Assembly: GCF_018385415.1 (NCBI RefSeq)
Contig: NZ_JAHAZA010000070.1
Strand: one strand, 5' to 3'
From: Treponema sp.
GTDB lineage: Bacteria; Spirochaetota; Spirochaetia; Treponematales; Treponemataceae
DNA: 64,000 nt
Shown: piece after piece, positions 27,590-38,654 of the stretch
How the letters are laid out: the number at the start of each line of letters is the position of its first letter
Numbering within the stretch: position 1 is the first letter of the stretch
The notes under the pieces: generated by a model
Seen by the model: the letters and a program-made list of their open reading frames with translations, nothing else
What the model was told of the DNA's origin: nothing
Database searches by the model: none
Made by a program: the position numbers and the translations under genes

Positions 27590-28058
27590 AATTTTAATTA
27601 GTGTTCAGGAGGAAATGAAAGCTCCTGCGTTTATAGATAATGTTGAAGATTTTGTTCTCAAAGCAATGGATAAACTGAAGTTTCACAATGAAGAAGTTTC
27701 TATTTTATTCTGTAACAATGAGTATATTCGGGAACTTAATAATAGTTACCGTCAGATTGATTCAGCGACTGATGTGCTTTCTTTTGAAAATGATTATGTT
27801 TATGAAGAAGACGGTGTAAAATGGACTGCTGTTGGTGATATTGCAATCAGTGTTGAAATGATTGGAGAAAATGCAGAGTATTTCAAAACAACACCTAATG
27901 CTGAATTGAAAAGACTTTTAGTTCATGGTCTTCTGCATTTAAATGGAATGGATCATGGTGAAGAGCATATTGAATCTGGTGTTGAACCTGAATGTGAAAT
28001 GCTTGTTCTTCAGGAAAAACTGTTGAAAGAATTAGATAGTGAAATTGTAATTAAATAA
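27579..28058 (+). CDS. ybeY: rRNA maturation endoribonuclease YbeY
   Basis: ELNNSYR, TDVLSF, HGLLHLNGMDH; start moved to ATG 27579. Confidence 0.93.
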   Translation: MENKILISVQEEMKAPAFIDNVEDFVLKAMDKLKFHNEEVSILFCNNEYIRELNNSYRQIDSATDVLSFENDYVYEEDGVKWTAVGDIAISVEMIGENAEYFKTTPNAELKRLLVHGLLHLNGMDHGEEHIESGVEPECEMLVLQEKLLKELDSEIVIK

Positions 28059-28077
28059 AGTTAAGACGGAAAATTTA

Positions 28078-28890
28078 ATGAGCTTATTTGGTTTTGGTAC
28101 TAAAAAAAATAAAAAGGAAAATTCTGTAGAATCACAGGAGCAGAAAACAACAGAAGAGCTTCTTGAGGAAGAAAAAGAAGATATGATTCAGGGAGTTGAA
28201 GAACTCTCAACAACTTCTGTAAAAGAAGTAATGATTCCCCGAATTGATGTTGATTTTATCAATATTGAAACAGACAGAGCTGAGCTGCTTGAGAAAATAA
28301 GTGACAGCGGTCATTCAAGATTCCCTGTTTATAAAGATTCTATCGATAATGTAATAGGAGTGCTTTATGTTAAGGATCTTATCAGATGCTTTTCTAAAGA
28401 GGAACCTTTTGAACTTGAAAAGATAATTCGTAAGGCTTACTTTGTTCCAGAGACAAAAAGAATTGACAGCCTTTTGCGGGAGTTTAAAAGACGTCATATT
28501 CATATTGCAATGGCAGTTGATGAATACGGTGGACTTTCTGGAATTGTGTGCATGGAAGATATCATCGAAGAGATTGTTGGTGATATTCAGGATGAATTTG
28601 ATAATGAACGGGACGATATTGTAAGTCTTGGAAAAAATATATGGCTTGTAGATGGTCGTGAAAATCTTTCTGATTTGAATGAAGAAATTGGTTCAACATT
28701 CCCGCAAGAAGAATTCGATACATTAGGTGGATTTGTATTGGATCTTTTCGGAAAGATTCCTGTTAAATATGAAAAGATGACATGGAATAACTATGATTTT
28801 ATCATTCAGGATATGGATGTTCATAGAATTGATATGATTAAAGTTGTATGTCATGATAATGAGGGTGGGGAAAAGGATGAAAAAGATTAA
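28078..28890 (+). CDS. CBS-pair + CorC/HlyC domain protein (CorC/TlyC family)
   Basis: VMIPR, HSRFPVY, VDEYGG, EDIIEEIVGDIQDEFD, DTLGG. Confidence 0.9.
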   Translation: MSLFGFGTKKNKKENSVESQEQKTTEELLEEEKEDMIQGVEELSTTSVKEVMIPRIDVDFINIETDRAELLEKISDSGHSRFPVYKDSIDNVIGVLYVKDLIRCFSKEEPFELEKIIRKAYFVPETKRIDSLLREFKRRHIHIAMAVDEYGGLSGIVCMEDIIEEIVGDIQDEFDNERDDIVSLGKNIWLVDGRENLSDLNEEIGSTFPQEEFDTLGGFVLDLFGKIPVKYEKMTWNNYDFIIQDMDVHRIDMIKVVCHDNEGGEKDEKD

Positions 28891-31033
28891 GATAGCACTG
28901 GTGTGCTGTTCACTTTTAATTTTATGCAGTTCTGCTTTTACACAGGTAAATGGCTTTAAGAAAACTACGGCCTTTGAGCAGACTTCTAAACTGTCAGCAT
29001 CTGAACTTTACAACATAGGCTATGATTATTTTTTAGAAAAAAACTGGTGGCAGGCTTCTGAAAAATTCCAGGAAGCTTTACAAAAAAATGAAGCTTACTC
29101 TGATGCCTGGTATATGCTTGCAAAATGTTCATATGAAATGAACCAGTTTGATCTTGCAATTGAATATGTTAGTAAAGCTCAAAAGTATGCCGGTGAAAAA
29201 TCTGAATATGTAAATTTAAAAGCTTTCTGCTACATCTCTACCGGTAAATTTAAAGATGCAGAAAATATTTTTAATTCCATTTTAAAACAATACCCAAACG
29301 ATATTGAAGCAAGATTCGGGCTTGCTGAGCTTGAACTTTTTTCTGGTAAACTTACAGGCGCTGAAGGTCTTTACAAGGATGCGCTTAAAAGACAGCCATC
29401 AAATGTTAAAGCCCTTTTAAGTCTGGCGCTGGTTTCTACAGAACTTGGTAAAAGAGATCTTGCAAAAGATTATATAAACAAAGCACTTCAGTCTCATGCA
29501 AATAATGAAGAAGTATATTATATAGCTTCGTATCTTGCAGCGATGAGTGGTGATTACACAGATGCTGAGCGTAAGGCTTTAATGGCAGTTCAGGTAAATG
29601 GGAATTATGACAGTGCATATGAACTTTTAGGAACAATTTATTATGCACAGAAAAGATATCAGGATGTTCTAGATATTGCTGATTTCAGAATTAATCGTAA
29701 CCGTAATTTAACTCAGGCATGGTATATTAAAGGACTGGCACTTGAAAAACTCGGACGTTTCGAAGAATCAATTTCTACATGGGAAAGAGGTCTCGAAATT
29801 GATCCTGCTGATGAAATTATGCGAACTGCTTTTGAGCTTTCTGTTCTTCGAAATACAAACATTGAAGATCCTAGACGTAAAGGATGGGCAACATATCATG
29901 TAAAAAAAGGCCAGGAATATCAGAAAAAATATCTTGGGCCTCAGGTTCGATATGAATATCAAACAGCTTTAAAAATTAATCCTAAAAACAAAACTGCTCG
30001 AAATGCTTTTGCACAGATGCTTTATAACGATGGATTCAATGAAAATTATCTTGAGCAGATAAAATTCGTAAAAGAAAATACAACAGAACCTCAGTTCAAA
30101 AATCCTTCTAAACCAACTGATGCAGAAGTTGACAGAAAAATTAAGTATATTCGTCTTTCAGATACCATTGAAGGATTTGAATCTCTTATGACAAATACAA
30201 TGGCTCAGAGATGGGATATAAATCCCTTCTACTTAGATAAGACAAGATGGAATATCGGTATCTACTATATGGAAAAAATTGAACCGATGTATCATTGTGA
30301 CATTGCTCGTATTGCAGCAAATAATCTTCGCTTAATGTTTCAGGGAATTTCTTCGACTAATGTCAGATTATTTCCAGAATCCGTTACAGGTTATGCTGAT
30401 GCATATAAAAAGGCTCATGATAGAAATCTCGATTATTTTATCATCTTAACTGGTGATGAAACTGACAGGGATGTAAAGATAGATGCTGTAATTTATTCGG
30501 GAAGAACAGGTACAAAATCTGCAAATTTCTCGATTTACAGAACAGGTAATGAACGTTTTTCGGGTGCACTGCTTCGTTTAAGAAAAGATATCCTTTCGAT
30601 TCTTCCAGTCAGAGCAACAATATTAAACAGAAACTTAAATGATATTCTTTTGGATATTGGTAAGTCAGAAGGAATGATTAAGAATGCTGAGTTTGTTGTT
30701 GTACGTAAAGGTGCATTAAAAACAAGTGATACAGGTGTAGGACTTGTATATGATGAACGAGATGCATTGGGAAAGGTGACGATTACCAAAACATCTGAAG
30801 AAATTTCTGAAGGTATTCTTTCTGACACAGGTTTTTATGACAGAGTAAACTCAGGTGATGAACTTGTGCTTTTAAAATTACCTGATAATAAGGATAAATC
30901 AAATCAGAGTGAAACTGCTTTGGATACAGCACCTCAGGCTGAACAGGAAACAAAACCAAGTTCACTTAAAGGTGCCGATCTGGAAATTACCAGAACTCCA
31001 TCGCTAATCAGAATGATTAAAGAATTGAATTAA
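28877..31033 (+). CDS. Exported TPR-repeat protein
   Basis: Signal peptide (MKKIKIAL...) from ATG 28877; about nine TPR repeats; C-terminal alpha/beta and beta domains. Confidence 0.82.
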   Translation: MKKIKIALVCCSLLILCSSAFTQVNGFKKTTAFEQTSKLSASELYNIGYDYFLEKNWWQASEKFQEALQKNEAYSDAWYMLAKCSYEMNQFDLAIEYVSKAQKYAGEKSEYVNLKAFCYISTGKFKDAENIFNSILKQYPNDIEARFGLAELELFSGKLTGAEGLYKDALKRQPSNVKALLSLALVSTELGKRDLAKDYINKALQSHANNEEVYYIASYLAAMSGDYTDAERKALMAVQVNGNYDSAYELLGTIYYAQKRYQDVLDIADFRINRNRNLTQAWYIKGLALEKLGRFEESISTWERGLEIDPADEIMRTAFELSVLRNTNIEDPRRKGWATYHVKKGQEYQKKYLGPQVRYEYQTALKINPKNKTARNAFAQMLYNDGFNENYLEQIKFVKENTTEPQFKNPSKPTDAEVDRKIKYIRLSDTIEGFESLMTNTMAQRWDINPFYLDKTRWNIGIYYMEKIEPMYHCDIARIAANNLRLMFQGISSTNVRLFPESVTGYADAYKKAHDRNLDYFIILTGDETDRDVKIDAVIYSGRTGTKSANFSIYRTGNERFSGALLRLRKDILSILPVRATILNRNLNDILLDIGKSEGMIKNAEFVVVRKGALKTSDTGVGLVYDERDALGKVTITKTSEEISEGILSDTGFYDRVNSGDELVLLKLPDNKDKSNQSETALDTAPQAEQETKPSSLKGADLEITRTPSLIRMIKELN

Positions 31034-31950
31034 TCTTTTACGGTTATCATATCGAGACTTGAATCAATCCATTTCTTGCTCAGTTCAGGAAATTGTTCCT
31101 GAACTTGAAGGAACTGGAATACTGCTTTTTCGTATTCTTTAGCAAAGTAGTAGGATTCTCCAAGATAGAAGGTAGCTCTGCTTGTTACCTCTGGGCTTCT
31201 GTGAATGCTTAAAAAATCTGTAAGCTCATCAATGGAAGCTTTAAAGTTTTTCTTAACGAAGGATGATTTTAATATTTTGAACAGATAATAATCATCACCA
31301 CCTTCCGGACAGATCAGATCATTTTCAAATATAAATAATTTTGTAATTCTGTTGCTTGTTCCTGTATATTTACTGCCAAGTGTCTTAGCCTGTTCCATAG
31401 CTTTAGGGCCAAGAATATTCTGTTTATTCTTTGTTACTTCGATTAATCCTGGAGTAGGAAGTGGAATGTCTCTCATTTTTTCAGAAGGATCAGGTTCAGG
31501 ACCTGAAATTTTTTTGTTGTTAGTAGATGGAGGAGTGATTACTTTCTCATCTGTATTTGCTGTGGCAACTCTTGCGCCGTTTACAGTGGTGTTTACTGAT
31601 GGAAGAATAACATTGTATGTACCATTTGTTGTTGTACAGATGATGCAGAAATAATATTCACGGGAATCACTCAGTGTGTCCATGTATGTAAATGTTTCGG
31701 AATCCAGCTTTATTAATGGTTTTAAAGTTGAAAGCTGCTGTGATGATGTAATTGGCTTAATATCACGGAAAATCAAAAATCCTGTGATTTCAGGAGTTGA
31801 GTTTTGTGGAGCCTTCCAGGTTAATTTTATTGTTTTATTAGATTTGGGAATTGCATTAATTTCTGAAACAACAGGTCTTGATGACTGAGCAAAAAATAAT
31901 GAGCAAGTCATAAAGAAAGTTAATAAAGCTAAGATTTTTTTCATTTTCAT
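31030..31950 (-). CDS. Exported protein with Fn3-like N-domain and C-terminal TPR
   Basis: Signal peptide; LTWKAP...YYFC Fn3-like pattern; ATFYLGESYYF TPR. Confidence 0.72.
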   Translation of the reverse strand: MKMKKILALLTFFMTCSLFFAQSSRPVVSEINAIPKSNKTIKLTWKAPQNSTPEITGFLIFRDIKPITSSQQLSTLKPLIKLDSETFTYMDTLSDSREYYFCIICTTTNGTYNVILPSVNTTVNGARVATANTDEKVITPPSTNNKKISGPEPDPSEKMRDIPLPTPGLIEVTKNKQNILGPKAMEQAKTLGSKYTGTSNRITKLFIFENDLICPEGGDDYYLFKILKSSFVKKNFKASIDELTDFLSIHRSPEVTSRATFYLGESYYFAKEYEKAVFQFLQVQEQFPELSKKWIDSSLDMITVKD

Positions 31951-31980
31951 ACTATATATTGTATAATCATTTCAACTTAT

Positions 31981-32009
31981 TTGACAAGATACATTGTTTA
32001 ATTTATTCT
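31981..32009 (+). promoter_or_regulatory. sigma70 promoter of prfB
   Basis: TTGACA (31981-31986), 17 bp, TATTCT (32004-32009); TAAGGA RBS before ATG 32037. Confidence 0.65.
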
Positions 32010-32036
32010 ATTACAAAAGATTTAAGGAAATTAGCC

Positions 32037-33171
32037 ATGTTAGAAGAATTGAAAATGCCCATTTCAGAACTTAAAGAAAATGTTATGAATGTCTGGGGGT
32101 GTCTTTGACTCTGATTCCATTTACAGCAAAATAGCTGAACAGGAAGAATTACAGAATCAGAGTGACTTTTGGGATAATCCGGAAAAAGCCCAGAAGGTAA
32201 TGAGCAAAATTAAGGCCTTAAAGCTTCGTGTTGATCCTTGGAAGGAATTAATCAACGATATTAATGATATTGAAGCGATGTATGAACTTGCAGAGGAATC
32301 TGGGGATGCAGATACTGAGCAGGAAATTCGTACAATGCTGGAAGAAGCAAATAAAAAATATGAAAAACAAAGTGTACTGAATCTTTTGTCTGGAGAAGTT
32401 GATAATTCCAGTGCCTTTTTAACAATTCATGCAGGTGCTGGTGGCACAGAGGCAGAAGACTGGGCTTTTATGCTGAGTCGTATGTATACACGCTGGGCAG
32501 AACGCCGTGGATTTAAAATTGAAACAGTAGATATTCTTGAAGCCGAAGGTGGAATTAAGTCAGTTACTTTCCAGATTGATGGTGAATATGCATATGGTTA
32601 TTTAAAGGCAGAAGCTGGAATTCATCGACTTGTTAGAATCAGTCCCTTTGATGCAAATGCACGTCGACATACATCTTTTTCAAGTGTATTTGTTTTTCCT
32701 GTTCTTGATGACAGTATCGAAGTAGAAATCAGACCAGAAGATCTTCGTGTTGATACTTATCGTGCAGGCGGTAAGGGTGGCCAGCATGTTAACAAAACTG
32801 ACTCAGCTGTTCGATTTACACATTTACCAACAGGAATTGTTGTTGCCTGTCAGAGTGAACGAAGCCAGATTTTTAACCGCCAGGCTTGTATGAGCATGCT
32901 TAAAGCAAAGCTTTATGAGTATTACCGGGAACAGAAAGAAAAAGAAAATTCAAAATTTGCTACTGAAAAAAAAGATATCGGCTGGGGAAACCAGATCCGT
33001 TCTTATGTATTCCAGCCATATACAATGGTAAAAGATCATAGAACAAAATGTGAATCAGGAAATATTCAGGCTGTAATGGATGGCGATATTGATCAGTTCA
33101 TTGAAGCATACTTAAAGGCAAAATGGACTGGTGCACCAATGGATGATACTGACAACGGTGATGATTTATAA
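32037..33171 (+). CDS. prfB: Peptide chain release factor 2, with programmed +1 frameshift (about 377 aa)
   Basis: ATG 32037, 23 codons to CTT TGA C (32103-32109); the +1 frame continues DSDSIY... with SPF and GGQ motifs. Confidence 0.95.
32095..32109 (+). other. RF2 programmed +1 frameshift cassette
   Basis: Internal SD-like GGGGG, 3 nt (TGT), then CTT TGA C: the canonical prfB shift site. Confidence 0.95.
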
Positions 33172-34837
33172 TACTAAATCAAGACATTATTATGTCCTTC
33201 GATTTTTACTGATTATAATTACGATTTTTTTCTCAATAAATAATATATTTGCAGAAGAAACAAAACCTTGGACGATTGGAGCAAAAGCTTTCACATATTC
33301 CCAGGATATAAAAAGAAGTGAATATGAAAAAGCGGTGCTCAAGACAATTCCCCAATTGATTCTTGATCATCTTCACGGATTAAAAGGAAGAAATGTTCCT
33401 GCTGATGAATTACTTGATAGAAAAATTGATGAGCTTGTAAAAGAAAGATTAGCGCTTTTTCTTGAGCTTTCAAAGGAATCTAAAGTTCGCGATTCATATG
33501 TGCTCAAGGATTTTTCTGGTTATCAGTTCAAAAAAAATATTTCACTATCAGAAAAGAAAATAGCTGAGATTCAAGAAAAAATTGAAGCAAATCTTGAACA
33601 GCAGGAAAAACTTATTGCTCAGTATAAAGACGGAAATAGTCAGTTTGAAAATTTTGCTCTTTATAAAAATGATTCAGATTCTTTATTTGAGATATCTGAT
33701 AAAAATACAGAGGATGATTTTTTTTCCTATAATTTTTCCTCTGAAGTAACTAAGGCAAATATAAACGGTTTGATTACAGGAACTATTGTAACTTATGGAA
33801 GTTATGCTGCAGTTTCTGTAGAGCTGATTTTATATCCTGGAGCAAAATCAACAGGTGTTATTACAGAAGTTGGAAGCTTTTCAAAAATCGAAACTATTGC
33901 GAAAAATATTGCTTATCGGTTAATTCCAAAAATTGAAAACTCTATTCCATGTGATGTAACAATTAATCTTGTAAATGAAGATTTAAGAAAAGACGCAAAG
34001 CTTACAGTTGATTCTATAATTTATGATCCAATTCCTAAAAAACTGGTATTAAGTACTGGAGTTCATAATCTTACATTTGAATGTAAAAATTTCAGAAAGG
34101 AAAGCTTTTCATATGGTTTCGGATATGAAAAAAAATATGTAATTGAAATAGATTTTGTTGAGAATGTACCAATTCAGACTGCATTTAATTTGAAAACACC
34201 TATTCAAGGAAACCTATTTTATAATGGTACACAGTCTGATGATAATGTTATTTCAGTAAAGATAAATAATCATGGTGTTCTTGGATATTATTTAACTGAA
34301 GATGAAAATTCCCTTTTCTTTATGATTCCGAAAGAGAAGATTGAAAATGGTTCTTCTGTAAATCTTAATTTAATCAATATTGATGTTGGACAAAATATAG
34401 ATAAAAGACGAAAAATGATGTATATTTCGTATAGTGCTTTAATATGTTCATTGCCATATCTGTTTTATTCATATTCCAATTATAACAACCTTTATAGAAG
34501 TTATAGTACTGGAAATCATAATATAGATTTAAATGAATTACAGACCTATCAGACAATGAGCTATATTGGAATTGGTTTGTCAGCAGGAATCGGTGTATGG
34601 TTTATTTATGAACTTGTACAATATCTTATTGCTGCTAATAAAGCATTGCCAGTTGAAGCAAAAAAATCTTCTGTTACTTTTGAGCAGTCGGTTTCTGATT
34701 TTGAATCAATGCAGTTGATGTTCAAGGCAATGGCAGAAGAAGAAAAAAAACGTCAAGAAGCAGAAAAACAACTGAAAGAAGAAAATAAGACGACAGAGGA
34801 TTCATTGTCGCAAGAAAATATAGAGGAAAAACAATAA
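33161..34837 (+). CDS. Hypothetical membrane-associated protein (PEGA-like domain, C-terminal TM pair)
   Basis: N-terminal signal/TM, coiled coil, PEGA-like segment (LSTGVHNLTF), two C-terminal hydrophobic helices; start uncertain. Confidence 0.7.
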   Translation: MIYNTKSRHYYVLRFLLIIITIFFSINNIFAEETKPWTIGAKAFTYSQDIKRSEYEKAVLKTIPQLILDHLHGLKGRNVPADELLDRKIDELVKERLALFLELSKESKVRDSYVLKDFSGYQFKKNISLSEKKIAEIQEKIEANLEQQEKLIAQYKDGNSQFENFALYKNDSDSLFEISDKNTEDDFFSYNFSSEVTKANINGLITGTIVTYGSYAAVSVELILYPGAKSTGVITEVGSFSKIETIAKNIAYRLIPKIENSIPCDVTINLVNEDLRKDAKLTVDSIIYDPIPKKLVLSTGVHNLTFECKNFRKESFSYGFGYEKKYVIEIDFVENVPIQTAFNLKTPIQGNLFYNGTQSDDNVISVKINNHGVLGYYLTEDENSLFFMIPKEKIENGSSVNLNLINIDVGQNIDKRRKMMYISYSALICSLPYLFYSYSNYNNLYRSYSTGNHNIDLNELQTYQTMSYIGIGLSAGIGVWFIYELVQYLIAANKALPVEAKKSSVTFEQSVSDFESMQLMFKAMAEEEKKRQEAEKQLKEENKTTEDSLSQENIEEKQ

Positions 34838-35712
34838 TGGCAAAGCTTTCATTTGCACAGGCAATTAAAAATTTATTTTCAGCTCACAACAAAGAAGATA
34901 CAGAATTCTTTGATGATCTTGCAGATGCTTTAATTGAAGGTGATATTGGTGCAAAGAATGCAATGGAGCTTGTTGATCAGCTGGAAAAAGAATGTAAAGA
35001 AGGAAAAATTCATGGAAATGAAGAAATCCTTAAACATATGAAAGTTCTTCTTTCAGAATATGTTAAAAGTGTTGAGTTTGTTCCTGAAAAAGGAAAGATT
35101 AATATATGGATGATGCTTGGTGTAAATGGTGTAGGTAAGACAACCAGCTGTGCCAAAGTTGCAAATCTTCTTATTAAGAATGGATTTGAACAGGTTGTAC
35201 TTTCTGCAAGTGATACATTCCGTGCTGCTGCAATTGAACAGCTTTGTTATCATGGTGAAAAAATTGGTGTAAGAGTTGTAAATCATCAGCATGGTTCAGA
35301 TCCATCAAGTGTTGTTTTTGATGCTGCTGAAAGTGTAAAAGCACATGGTGGTGGACTTGTGATTGCTGACACCGCAGGTCGTCTTCATAATAAAGAAAAC
35401 CTGGTGCACGAACTTGAAAAAATTGACAGAATATGTAAGCAGAAAGCTGATGATGGATGTTATAAAAAGATTCTTGTTATAGATTCAACAACTGGTCAAA
35501 ATGCGTTACGTCAGGCAGAAGTATTTAATGAAGCAATTGGTGTAGATGCAATTATTATGACAAAATATGATTCTACTGCAAAAGGTGGTGTTGCAATTAG
35601 TATTGGTAAAGATCTTGGAATACCTGTATTTTATGTTTGTACAGGAGAGACATATTCGGATATTTCACTTTTTAATTGCGATGATTATTTAAATACATTC
35701 CTTGGATTGTAA
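34837..35712 (+). CDS. ftsY: SRP receptor FtsY (NG domain only)
   Basis: GVNGVGKTT, DTFRAAA, DTAGR, TKYDSTAKGG. Confidence 0.95.
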   Translation: MAKLSFAQAIKNLFSAHNKEDTEFFDDLADALIEGDIGAKNAMELVDQLEKECKEGKIHGNEEILKHMKVLLSEYVKSVEFVPEKGKINIWMMLGVNGVGKTTSCAKVANLLIKNGFEQVVLSASDTFRAAAIEQLCYHGEKIGVRVVNHQHGSDPSSVVFDAAESVKAHGGGLVIADTAGRLHNKENLVHELEKIDRICKQKADDGCYKKILVIDSTTGQNALRQAEVFNEAIGVDAIIMTKYDSTAKGGVAISIGKDLGIPVFYVCTGETYSDISLFNCDDYLNTFLGL

Positions 35713-35732
35713 TTTTTTTGGAATTTTATCTT

Positions 35733-36668
35733 ATGAAATTGAGAATGCACAGATTGAATATAATTATATTTATGATATTTCTTTGTGCTCTTGATTTATA
35801 TCCTCAGGAAAATGTACAAACTGCAAAAGATGATGTTTTACCTGTAGAAGAAAAATCCGAAGCTAAAAAAAATATAATTCCAGAATATGAACATATTCTT
35901 GATTCAAGCTCCAGATTGCATATGTTTACTTACAAGGATGAAAATCTTGAACATTTTGCTGTTCATAATTCAAATAAATCCAATGCAAGATCACTGATTC
36001 AGCATTCAGGTAAAAAAACAAAAAGATTTTTTTACGATGATCAATTGAAGCTCTCTTGTGTTGAATTGTGGAATACTGGAAAAAAAGTTGCTGACAGTTC
36101 ATTGGAGAATATTACTTACTATTTTTATTCTTCTGATTTGTTGAAAACTGTATATTCAAAAAGGGACTTTTATATTGAATCAAAAGAAATTTCTTTAAAA
36201 GAAAAAAAATTGTTGCAGTCTTTTTATGATGTAAATGGTTTTCTAATAGAAAAAAACGAATATTCTATTCTAGGTGTTGATGAAAAACACAAAATTGAAG
36301 TCTCAAATAAGTACAAGGAGCTTCCATTTTCTTTAAGACGGGAATATTCATTTTTTTACAAATATGACAGTGCAGGACAGATTGTCAGTGAAGAAGAAAT
36401 TCATAATGAATATAGAACTGAGTCTGCTTTAAGAGTTAATAAAACTACATCTAGAAAAAATATTTATGAATACCTGGAATCAAATTGTCCTCCTGTAACA
36501 ACATTTTATGAAAATAATATTCTTCGTATGAAAACTATTTATTCATCTCAGAAAGATTATTTTCAAAACATTTATTTCGACAATAATAATTATGTAAAAG
36601 TACAATATAAAGACGGTCGAAAAATTTCTGAAATTTTTTACATTGATGGAAAGGCCTATGAACAATAA
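35733..36668 (+). CDS. Hypothetical exported protein with Tyr-rich beta repeats
   Basis: Signal-like N-terminus; repeated FY/YD motifs; lies between ftsY and the lol genes; start uncertain. Confidence 0.65.
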   Translation: MKLRMHRLNIIIFMIFLCALDLYPQENVQTAKDDVLPVEEKSEAKKNIIPEYEHILDSSSRLHMFTYKDENLEHFAVHNSNKSNARSLIQHSGKKTKRFFYDDQLKLSCVELWNTGKKVADSSLENITYYFYSSDLLKTVYSKRDFYIESKEISLKEKKLLQSFYDVNGFLIEKNEYSILGVDEKHKIEVSNKYKELPFSLRREYSFFYKYDSAGQIVSEEEIHNEYRTESALRVNKTTSRKNIYEYLESNCPPVTTFYENNILRMKTIYSSQKDYFQNIYFDNNNYVKVQYKDGRKISEIFYIDGKAYEQ

Positions 36669-37965
36669 TTTTTCATTTAAGCCATGGATTCATTTCGTTT
36701 CAAAACGTTTTTCTACTGTTGATAACAAAGGTAAAAGCGCAGTTACAACTAGATTATCATCACTTGGTATCTGTTTTGGTGTAATGACACTTATCGTTGT
36801 ATTAAGCGTCATGAATGGTTTTCAGGCACAATTTATTGATTCCATAATTGAATTAAGCTCATATCATGTTCAGGTTACCGATGTTGAAGATGAAAATATA
36901 CGTAATGATATTTCTTCATATCTAACAAATTCTGTAATGGAAAAAAATGTTGTTTCATTTATTGAGTTTAAAGAAGCACAAAGTTTAATGACTGATAAAT
37001 ATGGAAAAGAAAGTGCTGCAATAATCCGTGCTGTTCCGAAAGATGTTCTTATTCGAGACGCAGGTTTTGAAAAAGAAATGGGAATGGTTTCTGGAAGCTT
37101 TGATATTGAAGATGATAATTCAATTATTTTAGGAGTTAGACTTGCAAAAGCTTTGGGCGTCCGTGTAGGAAATACTGTTAATCTTTTTGCTTTAAGTGGA
37201 TCTGGCGATACTCAATTGATTTCAAATAATCGCACTTTTACAGTTAAAGGAATTTTTTCCTGCGGTTATGCAGATATAAATGCCAGCTTTGCTTTTATTA
37301 ATCTTTCTTCTGCTGAAAAATATTTTGGTTCTGAAAAACTCGTTTATGGTATCAAATTAAAGAATCAAAATTCTGACAGAACATTTCAGAAGGAATTTGA
37401 AAAGAGTTTTCCAAATGCTAAAACTTCTGTATGGCGTGATTATAACAGAAGTTTTTTTGGTGCATTACGGGTAGAAAAAAATATGCTTTTCTTACTTGTT
37501 GTAATGATTTTTATTGTAGTTGCAATTAATATCTACAATTCCATGCGTAAACTTGTTTTTGAGCGCAGAATTGAAATATCAACCCTTGCAAGCCTTGGCG
37601 CTGATAATAATTCAATTCAAAATATTTTTGTATATCGTTCTTTTATGATTGCATTAAAAGGCGCATTGCCTGGCTTGCTTTTAGGTTTACTGTTAAGTCA
37701 TAATATAAGAACAGTATTCGTTGTTCTTGCTAAAATTGAATATTGGTTTACTTATCTTTATGTATTGATTACAAATTCTTCTGCCAGGGAGTTTATTCAC
37801 GAAAATACAATGTGGTATGTATATGCAAATATTCCTGCAAGAATAATACCCGGTGAAGTAATCTTTATCACTGCTTTTGGAATTCTTTCCTGCGTAATTG
37901 CATCCTATATGGCTACAAAAAGTGTTCTTAAAATGAAAATATCTGAGGTTTTCCATGAAGAATAA
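36658..37965 (+). CDS. Lipoprotein-releasing ABC transporter permease (LolC/E family)
   Basis: GVMTLIVVLSVMNGF, EKNMLFLL, EISTLASLGA. Confidence 0.88.
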   Translation: MNNNFSFKPWIHFVSKRFSTVDNKGKSAVTTRLSSLGICFGVMTLIVVLSVMNGFQAQFIDSIIELSSYHVQVTDVEDENIRNDISSYLTNSVMEKNVVSFIEFKEAQSLMTDKYGKESAAIIRAVPKDVLIRDAGFEKEMGMVSGSFDIEDDNSIILGVRLAKALGVRVGNTVNLFALSGSGDTQLISNNRTFTVKGIFSCGYADINASFAFINLSSAEKYFGSEKLVYGIKLKNQNSDRTFQKEFEKSFPNAKTSVWRDYNRSFFGALRVEKNMLFLLVVMIFIVVAINIYNSMRKLVFERRIEISTLASLGADNNSIQNIFVYRSFMIALKGALPGLLLGLLLSHNIRTVFVVLAKIEYWFTYLYVLITNSSAREFIHENTMWYVYANIPARIIPGEVIFITAFGILSCVIASYMATKSVLKMKISEVFHEE

Positions 37966-38644
37966 TATTATTGAAATTAAAGATCTTGAAAAAACATATG
38001 TTTCCAAAGGAGAATCTCTTACTGTTCTTAAAGATTTGTCTTTTTCAATAGAAGAAGGAACAAGAACAGCTATTGTCGGTTCAAGTGGTAATGGTAAAAG
38101 TACACTCCTTAATATTATAAGTGGAATTGATAATGCAACAAGTGGTTTTGTCAAAGTAGGAAAATATGAACTTTCAAAAATGACAGAGAAAGATCTCTGT
38201 AAATATCGAAGTGAATTTATTGGACTTGTATTTCAGTTTCATTATCTTCTAAAGGATTTTACTGCATTGGAGAATATTTTTTTACCAGCTTATATGGCAG
38301 GAAAAAATAAAAAAATTGCAATGGAAAAAGCTGAAAGTCTTCTGCAGGAAATTGGACTTTACGGACGAAAAAATCATCTTCCTTCAGAGCTTTCTGGAGG
38401 AGAACGCCAGCGAGTTGCAGTGGCAAGAAGTCTTATAAATGACCCCAAAATTATTCTTGCCGATGAACCTACAGGAAACCTTGACCCGGAAAATGCAGCT
38501 TTGATTTCCGATTTGCTCTATGGTGTTTCTGAAAAATATAATAAAACACTTGTTATAGTAACACATGATAAAGAAGTGGCAAAAAAAGCTCAGATTATTT
38601 ATAGGCTTCAGGACAAACAAATAGTTCAGGAAAATAAAGAATAA
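37955..38644 (+). CDS. lolD: Lipoprotein-releasing ABC transporter ATPase LolD
   Basis: GSSGNGKST, VFQFHYLL, LSGGERQR, ADEPTGNLD; flanked by LolC/E permeases. Confidence 0.88.
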   Translation: MKNNIIEIKDLEKTYVSKGESLTVLKDLSFSIEEGTRTAIVGSSGNGKSTLLNIISGIDNATSGFVKVGKYELSKMTEKDLCKYRSEFIGLVFQFHYLLKDFTALENIFLPAYMAGKNKKIAMEKAESLLQEIGLYGRKNHLPSELSGGERQRVAVARSLINDPKIILADEPTGNLDPENAALISDLLYGVSEKYNKTLVIVTHDKEVAKKAQIIYRLQDKQIVQENKE

Positions 38645-38654
38645 GGTATGACTT

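Noticed and set aside
32089..32106. prfB start at 32089 (MSGGVF)
   Set aside because: Artefact of the +1 frameshift; the real start is 32037.
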